Shown one piece after another: positions 1 to 12,400 of a DNA stretch of 64,000 nucleotides (positions are counted from its first letter, which is position 1; each line of letters opens with the position of its first letter). A program made the translations under genes and the position numbers. The stretch is taken from the NCBI RefSeq assembly GCF_964204645.1, contig NC_134029.1, positions 21,632,950 to 21,696,949 on the forward strand, given 5' to 3'. The stretch comes from Tubulanus polymorphus (lineage: Eukaryota; Animalia; Nemertea). The notes beneath the pieces were generated by a model, which was given only the letters and a program-made list of their open reading frames with translations, was not told the DNA's origin and ran no database searches.

Positions 1-388
1 CAATGCAGTACAATATCACTGACCACAAGAGACTTAACAACATCATCCGACATCACTGTCCAACATCACTTGCTCTATCTCCACTGACCATGTAGGGGGG
101 ATTTCCCACAATATCTTACAGAGACAATTACTAATTTCGAAAGACCACGACGACCATGACACCCTGAACTTTTACCGATAAATGTGTGAGGATAAACAGC
201 TAGAAATGGTGTGAAAAACTAGTATACGTGATATAAACAATATCGGGATATTTCAGTTATTTTCGTAAATGGCTTTTCTGAAAATTGCGTTTTTGTAGGA
301 TAGTTGATGAATTCTGTATGTCATTTATCGTGTTACGATATATTTATGTTCGCCTGAATTTATTAAACGTTCGTATGTTACATTTCAG

Positions 389-435
389 AAAGAAACTGCC
401 GTATTGCGTTTTCTCCTAATGAATCCAGTACATTC
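389..435 (+). CDS. RhoGEF exon (RNCRIAFSPNESSTF), start of TIG-like domain
   Basis: tttcag acceptor and TTC|gtaagt donor; phase-0 end joins GGGTIVV of the next exon; needs an upstream phase-1 exon. Confidence 0.65.
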
Positions 436-3400
436 GTAAGTACAACATATTTCGCTATTCATTTCGTTTTAGTTCCTACGATATCTAACGTAACAAATGC
501 ATAACTCTATTTACGTGATTATTCATTATAATGAGTACATTTATGAGTTATGTACCGATTGCACTGTTGTTAGCTGTTTATTATCGTCGTACGATCCATC
601 CAATCTTGCATCTGATGGTATCAGCCTTTATCCTGTCACTAATAGAAATCTTGCCGACGTGTATGTCATCGATGTGTCTCGATCTCTCTTAATCGCGCTC
701 GGATTTTATGCTTTCGAACTCGATCGAAAAAAAATAAATGAAAAAATTCCCGACGATATTGATATCCAGGTATTGAATATTATTACCATCTGGCTAAACT
801 AGTTTAAACGATCTAGGCCTCCGTGTCATTGACACGCGCGGGAACATATCGCCACCTATTGGTAATAATTGAGTAAAGCTATTTTCTGCATCGACAGCGA
901 TCGGCGAGTTGTTTTTACCGCCGGATGATCAGTTGATGTACGGCCGTTAGCACCTAGAGTCCTCGAGTCCTCCGCGCGTCGCGCAATTAGTCACCGAGTT
1001 TGTTTATGCTAAATGAATTTTCAGCAATTTACTGCTAATTTTCAGCAGCCGCGGCTTATCTGTACTGAACAGTCATTTACTGCTACATTGATCACAGTCG
1101 GCTCTAGCCGTGGATTACCGCTATCATTTATGGCCTAAGAAGACGCTTTAGCGGCGAAAAGTTTTTTTTCCCGGATCTCTACGCGGCGTTGTCGCTCGTC
1201 AAAAACATTTTAAGAATTCGAATTCAATTTCACGCTCGCTATTGATGTTAGCGAAAACATTGCTTCGTCTGCGCCACTTTCAGGTCGTATATAGCCATTA
1301 TCTGTAGGCAGTCTGTCGTGTCCGCGAGAAAAGTACTTCCGCAAACAACGAGTTCTTCCATCAATAAGTGCTGTAGCATCTCTTCCCCTCTCCCTCTTTA
1401 CTTTACGGAATTAATGCCATCGTGTTGAGTTTCGTTCTGTATTCCTCCTGCGAAATACCTGAGAGTATGAATCCTACACTTACCTCGAAAACTCTGAACC
1501 TGGGAGGCAGAAAAATCTAGAAAAAAATCTGGGAAAACTTTCGGGGAATTTGACAAGTTTTGCAAAAACTGTTTCTTGATCGATAACGTGATTCATGAAA
1601 AAATCAATAACGCTGTAAACCAATAAATTTCTCCATTCGCCTGCCACCAATTCACTCGGTGAATCAGAGAGATGATGGGCGGAAAGTGGCCACACTGCTA
1701 TAACAAAACAGTGTAGATTATCCTGGCTGAATGAATTTACTTCGGGCATAGTGTTCTCCTTGATCGAGTGGACTTAGGTCAACGTCTTCATTATCTTACT
1801 ACATGTAGGCTTATTACTACTGCTAGGTTTTTTCAAATCCAGGCAATGAAAAGAATGTGAGAAAACTCAGCAAATGATGTTTCTCACTATGTAATTGTCT
1901 TCATCGTCATAAAATGTCCTGATTTTCATGTTGTTTGTGATTTATGATTTTTAGGGTGGAGGCACTATCGTCGTAGCGATTTCTGAGGATACGAATTTAC
2001 CGGAAGATTGCGAGGTATATTTAGCGTTTATAGGATCCCAACAAAGACATATCGTACAAACGCACAGAGTCAACTCGGACACGCTGCAAGCTCATATACC
2101 GAGTAAGTTCGATTTTAGGGTTATCATCGTCGTATGTAAATCAAGGAAATCAAAGTAAATGAAGCTACAAGCACGACACAAAATTCATATGGCACAGCAT
2201 GACATGTCAATATGGGATCATATCCTCTGGATCTAAGGCCTACTTCTGAAGGTCTGTGAAACACTTTTGATCATTGAAAGGCATATTTCCGAACACAGTG
2301 TTGCCTTTGAAAATTTGTGGATGGGTTGGATGCATTTAACAGCATTTCCAAGTAGAACGGTTTTCCTTACCCGAGTTTATTAGATTCCATATGATAAGGC
2401 GATGAAAAATTAGATTATTCAGAAAAGGGCAACTCAAGGTTGAGGGTCTTGTACGAGGCCCACAAGACCGCTAGGTCCGCGCCTGGGTATTGAATGCCAA
2501 AAAAGGCCACGGCGATTTACTTATCTTCAATCTACCTCAACGGACACGCCTTATTTATTGCATATTAGCCGCAATCACATGAAGACAATTTGACCCGGGG
2601 CAAACTGGCACGGATCAGGCCCGAGCCAAATTTGGCCCGTGATTAATTAGAGAACGCTCACACAAACCACTCACTCGGCTCAAACAATGCAAAATAAGTC
2701 ACTTCCGGAACGCAATGTTTTGTCCCGTGTTAAAATCAGCTCGGGCCTGGTCCGATGTTTTTGGTCGGGCCAAATAGGCACGGGGCCCATTTGGCACCCG
2801 TGTGAACAGTTAAAACGCTCGTGTGATCGTGGCTATTATTTCATATGAGAAACTACTTACTGTTCTGTATAGTAATAAACTCTATGTTTTTCTAGGTTGA
2901 TTCACCAATCGTGTGTGGAATACTGCGAAAGTATAAATAAGTTTGAGTCTCTATTATTTACATTGCGGGTTTCGGGATGCATTTGTTGCTAAGACAATAA
3001 TTCCACGTTTGCTTGTTTAGCCCGGTCTCTAGGCGAGCTTTTCAGTTTCATGTAACTCGCATGATTAATGCTTAATTATGTTGATAGCTTCGCAAATTTG
3101 GTCGCGTTTTAGTCAAATTAAAACGAAGACCGTGTTTGCGGCCCTTCCCCGATGAGACGAATTATTCCCGATAAAACTGACTGAAAAATGCGCCGGCGAA
3201 AGTGTAGTAGACCTGTGTGCTATAGACCCCGCCGCGTGAAGCACAGTACGTGGCAATTAGTTAATAAATGAGACTATTTTGTACCCGACGTGAACCGACA
3301 TCAGAGAAACGAACTGTTATAATCATTACCCAGTCTCTACTCTAAATTCTCGTAAATTAAAATGTCAGATCCGTTTCTTCATCATTTGCTACCTGGTAAT

Positions 3401-6400
3401 TATTTAATCCTAGCTGCAGGTTTTGTTGTATCAGTTACAGCGCTTATACCCCGAGTTTCAGTGGGAAAAAACGTAAAATTTCAAAAGGTTGGGAAAAATG
3501 CCTATGGGGTTAGTTGTGGGTTGTATGATAGCCACTCTCCGATGAGGACAACAGGTAATACGACGATTGATAGAATACTATATCCGTGTTGACGCGATGT
3601 AGAGAGAATCCCAAGGAGTCATCTTCATTATTCCTGAAGATGACTATTAGGATATTGTCGAAACGTTGAATAAACTGCTATCTCAAAGTTACATTTTCAG
3701 ACTTTTTCCTTATCATTGTGGGATTCTCTCTACAACAGGTAATAACCTTGAAAGCAGGCCTGCAGCGCAGGGGTTGAGGGCGGGTCTGAATAAACCCCTG
3801 TATAGACATTTAGTTCCGCTCATGAATTAGAAACGAACCCACCTGCTCATTTCTCACGCTACGGGCCTGGAAACATTTCAACGTTTAGAATGAACTTTTT
3901 TGGGGTTGACCCCCATCCAGCCAAATTAGATACGACCTGCACCTCTAAATTTCTCACGCCTGAAAATCTGCTTTGAAAATTTCGACGATTAAAATGTAAA
4001 TTTGTTTATCATGAATCGAAATCAAAATTAAACCCATTGTATATATTGATTCAAAAGATTTAAAATGAAATTTGTTTATACGAAGAATCAAGATCAAAAC
4101 TTCAAAAACACGAGCGTTCGAACCGTCTCTTCGAGACCGTCGTCGCCTATGGGTACGTACGAGAATCGAGATGCTACTTGCCAAACAAGTCTTAATCACG
4201 ATCGAAAATACACTGAAACATAAAACGATGTATTCTTGATTCGATACATTTATCAAATACACAGAAATGTTTCATATTATCGTCATACGCGACGTGTGAT
4301 CAATGTAATAGCGTTGAAATCTTCTTTGCCGATACGATTCTCGAATACAGCGTCACTCGCCGCGGTATAAAGAAGATTATTTTTTATGCCGGCCGACGTC
4401 GGCGAACCTTTTACAGCTTTATATAGATACACGCACTGGCGGCTCTCTTAAAATCGCGAATCCAATATATAGCCATCGGCGTTGAAGAAATACCAGCACC
4501 CACCGACGTATTGAATCAACTTATTATCTCGGAAACTGCAAAAAATCATCAAGGGATTTCGGATAATGATAGTAATAATGTATTTCTTGAAAGTGCTTTA
4601 CATTAAAAAAAAAACTGAAAGCTCTTTAAAAAATCTAAACCAGATGAAATTGACAATTAGTGGATATAAAATTAGTCATGATAGAAATATCTAACTGAAA
4701 ATGTTTCTATCAGGTACACATATATTTGATAACTTCTAATGTTTTAGAATGTTTGTTTTCTTTGTCGATGGATATTGCTGAGCTCCTCCCCACCACCGAT
4801 CTACTACAGCCCTATAATTATGAGGCGATGAATGTTGTATATGCGAATTCTATTTCCTGTGACCGATGACGATGTTATCTTTTGTTGAAGAAATGTTACT
4901 AGTTATAATGGATTCATCCGGAAATTTGTTATTCCTGCGAGGAGATTTCTCTTCGTATAACATCAAACATGAACTTATCATCGGCAGTGCGAACATTTCT
5001 ATGTATGCTGCTTTTGTACGACTGACCTGTTTATGGACGGCCATTCCTACCAAAAATAGTAGTTTTGTCTATTTATCTGTAATCTGATAAAATGTTATAG
5101 TCTACCGTCAAAATATTATAGTCTACCATCAAATCATGTTATTTTGGCTATTTGACACTAGGGGGCGATACTGCTGATTTTTTGCAGGAAAGGCCATCCA
5201 TGCCTGTCTGGTTGGTTATATCATAGATGCGTCGTTATATTGTTTTTTATTCAGCAGGTCAGTCACTAGTTAGGATTTACCCCCTCCCTCACTAAAACCC
5301 TGGCAGTTTAGGTGTGATTAATGACTTTAGCCGTCACTACAGTCAGGGTCCCTACGACTCCTTTATTCTTGATAAACCCCTTCAAAATGCTTAAAACTCC
5401 TTTTAATTTGAGCTAAATGTCCGAAACCACTTTAAAAATCCTTCAATTTTGAAAAATAGGTAATAGGCAGTAGGGATTTGTTTTTACCCTATTAGGCGGT
5501 TACCAACTGAGGTTAGTTTTATAGTTGGTTTTAAACTTAAATCGAATTAGTTTTGCTGAAGATATAACGTGATGTTCGAATATTTTTCAGGTCACAATTT
5601 AGTGGAGCGCGTCGAGTTGAGAGTTTACGTCTGTTATTCCTCGGAGCAGACGACGACCGAGCAGACGCCGACGACGACGACGACGGACTGTAGCGGCAGA
5701 AACAGGTACGAGCTATTAGGAACTGGTAATCACGAATTCTCGTACACGGCGGATAACGCGTATTATATCGTGGAATATCTCATCAACAACGCGACGGATG
5801 AAAACGCTTTACTCAACATCGAGCGCAGTTTCAATCTGACTGATGAAGCAGCTCGCCATTTAGACGATCGGATTATCAAAGAACTCGAGAATATCTCATT
5901 ACCTAATGATTGGACTGTATTACCGCGTGATAAAGGTACGTTATGAAAGAAACTAAGGTTCCCTCACGGAATGTTTTTGATCGATGTTTTTTCTGCCAAA
6001 AGTTTGTGCTTTGGGGGCTATGGATACGTCCGCAGAAACGATTACTCGTATTTCGCGAATTTATCGATGAAATTTTCACTGCATAATTGCGTATTCCCGG
6101 GTCAAAAACGCTCGTGTGATCTTGAATCAAATAACGGAGCGTTTTTGACCCGGGCTAAATTCGATCAAATTATTCCGTATGAACGCTATCTTATTCTGGA
6201 AACGACTGACCTCGCTTGCCACAGCAATTTGATAGCATTTCAGTAACGAGTGCATGATTTGTGTGTGAACGCGGGCCAAATATGGCTGGGGCTTGGTTCA
6301 GGCCAATTTGACCCAGGCCAAATCATGTCTATCTTAGCTATATGAATCGCGGCTATAACCATTCACTACTCACCATTTAGAATTCAGGCAAGGATTTTCA

Positions 6401-9400
6401 CGTGACCCGTAGGTGTTTTCAGATATAAATATACCAGAATACTGAGTAAATCAAAGTAGAAACGTTACATTCTCAGTTTATTAGCAACATCAAACATATA
6501 CTCTCAGTCTTTATCTTCTCCCCTGTCTCCTCTCTATGAACCTCCCTTTGTTGCTTGTATTTGTTGAATGATTATGTTTACTTCCGAAAATCAATAAGCC
6601 ATGAATTTTAGATTATCTCCGAGCTAGCAGACGACTTTGATCGTTAAGTCTTACGCTGATTACCGAGCGGACCGAATTACTTTCAACGCCGTGATAGATT
6701 CACACCTCGACATCAAACAATCGCAAAGCGTTGATAAATTTCGAGAAAAAAATTTACTGTTGAAATCGGCTGATTTAAATCTGTTTTTAACGGGTATATG
6801 GTAGAGGAAAGTGCACAATAGAATTGTCACGAAGATAGTATAGTTTGACTCATCACTGTTCAGCCCAAACGCACATGACGCAGGTAAACACGGAAACAAG
6901 ACAGAAACATGTTTCAGAGCATTTCCCTGCATTTACAAAAAACGAGAAACATGGTTTCAGGAAAAAGAGCCGGAAAAAAAGCCAAACAGGCACGGGCCCA
7001 TTCGGCCAAATTTGGCACGGGCCAAAAACGCTTGTGTGTGTTTGATCTCAGAAATGCACAACGCTGGGAAACATGTTCGATTCCACGTTTCCGTGCATCG
7101 CGTGCGTCGAGCTTCAGACTGGTCGGTGGGAAAATGATAAAAACCTTACCAGCAATCTACTGAAGACTAATAGAATAAGAGTATAGGAAGTAATAAGTTA
7201 TACAATGAACATTTAATATCCGATAGTTAGGATTCGATGGCTCTGCGAACGAACATTCTACGTTGAAGTATTTCGATAAAAAGGCATCCATGCACAGTGT
7301 AGTCGTTTGATTATCTAAGCAGGGTTACCGAGTACCTCTAGTTTACGTTGTTGTCGTCGGATATATTCATGAGTTAGTGACGATGTAAATCTAATTACTA
7401 AGCCTCGTAATTAGTTCCTTTGATTCTACATTATAATTACACAAACGCCGCCATTGAACTATTAAATCAATTATCATCAATTTGAATGTTTTTTTTCTCA
7501 CTGTTGTAAGTTGTTTTTTTTTGTTCGTTCTCTTTCATTCATGATTTTGCCGCGTGAATTCGCGCTCGGAGATAGCAGAATTTCTGCGGTAAACGGAATG
7601 TTTTGTTTGAACTGTACGAAAGCTAAACACGGGGCGGATATTTATCAAGTAAAGTGGTATTTACAGTTTTAAAACAGTGTTGTATATGATCGTAGAGACT
7701 ACCATTATGTGTAGGCACGAACCTCCTGCTCTTCCGGGCACTGAAGCGATTATACATTTTCTCAAATCGACCAGACTGGGCAGATTGCTAAATCTTCGTG
7801 CAAAAATGCCAAAATAGTGAGAAATATTTACTAGAAAAAAAAAGAGAATTTTTTCAGATATAGGGAAGTTATAGTCACAGTATACGGACCCCTCTTTCCT
7901 CGGTACCGCGGTGGATAATTTGACGAAATCGTTTTGAAAAACCTTCACTTTCCCCGATCTCGTGAACTCTGGTGATGTAGTTTCAGTTCCATTTCTCTAG
8001 CTTGCCTTTAGTCCTCTGAAAGTGTATTAATGCCTTGAAAAATTACATATATATTGCTTGATATTGTTGACAATGAATAATGTGTTATGAATTATATATT
8101 ATTAAGGATCAATACAGTTATTTTGGATTGAATTGACTGGCAACCAGTCTAACCCTGATATATTGATGACATAGTGCCCACATCCTCTCAAAAATTATTA
8201 TTAAAGGATAAGATAATAGTTATGGAATACATTAGATAACAAAATGAATACCAAAATTCATGATTGTAATAGTTATTTTGAAACGCCAATATTGATGACT
8301 AAGTGCACATCGACTCACACAGAACCCCTTAGAATAACGCGTATCAATGTATACAAATATTATTGTAACGGTTTTTACAGCGGAGCCGTCAAAAAATGCC
8401 TTACTGTATTACAGGCTGGATCTTATTACAGGACGTATCAGATATTGAGGAAGTAGGAAGAACTCATGGAACTCGTGGAACTGGGAGTTGATTTATTTCA
8501 ATAAATAACGTAATGATTGATGAGTTGTTTGTCCCTACCCATTAATCCTTATGCTTTCTCCTTCCTCGATTCTTTATACGCGGATTCCGTCGATTCCGTC
8601 GATTCCGCCGTTGAAGAAAAAATTATTTATCGCATGAGATTTGGATCAAGTATATATGTATATGTATATATATGTATATATATATATATTTATATGTATA
8701 TATTATAAGTATCGATGATATAAAGCTGGCTCTTGCTCCTTCGACATTTTATACGTAGGGATTTTGAGAAACTAATCTTTTGTGTCGGATGGCTTAAGGT
8801 AACGCGTATCCTAGCAACAGTAAGTTTTTATTTATAGTAATAAACGGATGGATTGTGCATCTGTTTCGTTGTCGTCGTTGTTGTAGTCAGGTACGAGATC
8901 CATCTATCCATTATCTCAGACACTTTAATAATGCACAAATTTCTCGTTTTACGTGTCGCGCAGCGATATTCAGGCTCGCATTTACCGGGGTCGCGTAGGG
9001 CGTGCTCCCTCCCGTTCTCGAGCGATAACGAGCGTTGTTGAAACGAAATCGGCAAACATCGGGAAAACGTTGCGAATAATACCAGGATTTATTTTTTCGA
9101 AAATGATGATTTTGAATGCAAGAAATGCCATCTAAAAGCATCACTGCCAGACCCCCTTACGCTTCGTGGGTCCTTTCTAGATCTACCCCTGCAATTTTTT
9201 TGTGCTGAGAATGGGGAACATCTTCTACGTCAGAATCTATTTGCTAATCTGAAAGTTCTGGATTTTCCGAGCTGTCATTGTTCCTGATATTGAGTAGTTT
9301 TTCTTACTATTTCGGTCGTGAGAATACTGATTTGATTTGTTGGATGTATACAGATATGTGAAAGGTGTAACTGCGGGTCTAACCATTGATAACTGATTAA

Positions 9401-12400
9401 TTTGAAGAACAGTTTCTTTCATTGTTCAATGAAATGTTACTGATAACACTTTTCTGGAGCCCAGTGTTCGGCCTATACATGAGTCCATCTACTTCATCTT
9501 GTATAAGTATAATTTGGTTGTGGAATTAGGTTTTGCTTCCTCAGAAATTGTAGCGTTTTTCCTAGGATAAGTCGACTACGTTGAATGTGACGATACCCGT
9601 GTAGTCACAGTCTGGGCAATGATCATTTTGAACGGATCCATCAATGAATAAATTGCTCCAGTCCACATAGACGGTCTTATGTATAACAGACTTGATTATC
9701 TATTTCTACTGTGAACTAAAGCCATTAGTTTATTAGCGGGATCAGTGTCAGCGAGACGACGAGGAGGACGATGATGAGAACGATGAGGTTTTTCTATCTT
9801 GTTCAGCGCCGGATTGAATTCGACGATTTCTGTGCGAATTAAGATTCAGTCGAGCGAGCGATTGATGAAACCTGATTGATTGGAAACTCGTAATTGTCTT
9901 CTATCGGCGTGATTTTATCTGATCTTATCAGTGCACGTCGTCATCAAGCGTTTGGTCTCTCCTTCTCCTTCACCATTCAGCTCTACGCTCACTAACTTTC
10001 TGTGATTTTTGGAAGTTCAATTTGAGGCTATAGCCACAGGTGAACATTTTTGGCCTGGGCCAAATTTGGCCCGGGGGCCGTCAACTCTCAGGGTTCCATA
10101 TGGGCCCATCCCATCCCGGGCCAAAGTTTGCCCAACCAGAATCGTTAAACCGGACTCGTGCCAAAGTTTAGCACAGGTCAAATCAATTCATGTTAATGCT
10201 TATTGGTCCTAAAAGTTACCCGCGTCAGTTTATTGCACTGAGGGTATCTACTTTAAAAACTTTTTTCAAACTTTGCTCAAATGGCTTCTTGTCTTGGGAG
10301 CTCACAACAAAGTGGCTATTTTCAGAGATTTTCCAGTTTGAAGACTGGATTTTTGCCAATTGCTTGATGTTTACCAAAAATGTTGAGCTTCTCTCCACGA
10401 AGGTTTATTCCTAGAACGCGAACAGCTCTACAACAACAGCTAGTTCGTAAATCAATTATCAGTAAGTACAAGATTTGTCCTAGTTCGATAAATACACTCG
10501 ATAAACTTGATCTCTTCGGTTATAATAGAAATAGTGTCACCCTCGTTTTCTCTGTCGGAACATACACGTTGTATTCCCTGACGCCCGCCCGTACATACTT
10601 ACTGTGTACGTGTAGGTGTCACATACATAACCTACGCGCAAGAGATATATACTGACGAAATCTGATGCGGTTGAATTTCATTTATCTTTCATGGATTATT
10701 TCGTTGTTGTGAAAAACGATGTGAGTATAGACGACGATCTCTTATAAGATTTTCGCGGTACAACAGTTGTTGAAAGAAGCGAAAGATTAGCGATATTTCT
10801 GGACACCTACGTGGTGTTGGTGGCGCGGTTCGATAGGATGAGGGGAGATGGATTCATTTTCTTTCATCTTCACAGTGCGTCAATTAATGTTTTAGATACG
10901 CGTACTAAGACAAATCTGTTTTTTTCGTATATGTTCTACAGAAGATCACGTCCTTTGTTCATTTCAATTTCGACGGCAAAAGCACTTTAAAAAGTAGTTT
11001 CGCTTTATCGATAGGCAAGACGTATGTGCGAGATGTCCTCCGGATGAGCTGAGATATTGTTCCCGATGTCACCGCGTACCTTGCGGGTGGACAAGCTTAA
11101 ATTAAGCCGTTTCTAAAGTTTTCAATTCGATGTAGACTCATCGATTATTAACGCGAGAATACCTCCCAAGCGTATTTAAAAAAATTCCTCACATGGATAT
11201 TCGGTATTTACGAGCATTGTATTGCCGGATTTTCAAGTATTCAGAGTGCGAAGGTTACGTAAGATAGTAAAACAGGATCTGATTAAAGCTGTGTATAAAA
11301 AGAATCATATGTATTTATAGAAAATTGATAAAACAGTGTTTATTCAAGAACCTAGCTTTTTTGAGCGAGCCGTGTGGGCGAATGGTTAGAGCGTTCGACT
11401 GTGGGAAGCTAGGCGGTGTGGGCGAGTGGTTAGAACGTTCGACTGTGGGAAGCTAGGCGGTGTGGGCGAGTGGTTAGAACGTTTGACTCTGGGAAGCTAG
11501 GCGGTGTGGGCGAATGGTTAGAACGTTCGACTCTGGGAAGCCAGGCGGTGTGGGCGAATGGTTAGAACGTTCGACTCTGGGAAGCCAGGCGGTGTGGGCG
11601 AATGGTTAGAGCGTTCGACTCTGGGAAGCCAGGCGGTGTGGGCGAATGGTCAGAACGTTCGACTCTGGGAAGCCAGGCGCAGTGGGCGAATGGTTAGAAC
11701 GTTCGACTCTGGGAAGCCAGGCGGTGTGGGCGAATGGTCAGAACGTTCGACTCTGGGAAGCCAGGCGCTGTGGGCGAATGGTTAGAACGTTCGACTCTGG
11801 GAAGCCAGGCGGTGTGGGCGAATGGTCAGAACGTTCGACTCTGGGAAGCCAGGCGCAGTGGTCGAATGGTCAGAACGTTCGACTCTGGGAAGCCAGGCGG
11901 TGTGGGCGAATGGTTAGAGCGTTCGACTCTGGGAAGCCAGGCGGTGTGGGCGAATGGTTAGAACGTTCGACTCTGGGAAGCCAGGCGCAGTGGGCGAATG
12001 GTTAGAACGTTCGACTCTGGGAAGCCAGGCGGTGTGGGCGAATGGTCAGAACGTTCGACTCTGGGAAGCCAGGCGCTGTGGGCGAATGGTTAGAACGTTC
12101 GACTCTGGGAAGCCAGGCGGTGTGGGCGAATGGTCAGAACGTTCGACTCTGGGAAGCCAGGCGCTGTGGGCGAATGGTTAGAACGTTCGACTCTGGGAAG
12201 CCAGGCGGTGTGGGCGAATGGTTAGAACGTTCGACTCTGGGAAGCCAGGCGGTGTGGTCGAATGGTTAGAACGTTCGACTCTAGGAAGCCAGGCGGTGTG
12301 GTCGAATGGTCAGAACGTTCGACTCTGGGAAGCCAGGCGCAGTGGGCGAATGGTTAGAACGTTCGACTCTGGGAAGCCAGGCGGTGTGGGCGAATGGTTA

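Noticed and set aside
497-802. 101-aa ORF as an independent gene
   Set aside because: No recognisable homology or splice structure; it lies in an intron of the RhoGEF.
1245-1283. First coding exon MLAKTLLRLRHFQ (or the APLS frame resembling human APLY)
   Set aside because: The donor is weak (gtcgta). The APLS frame has an upstream stop, no ATG and the wrong phase. Exon 389-435 fits better, though this candidate is not excluded.
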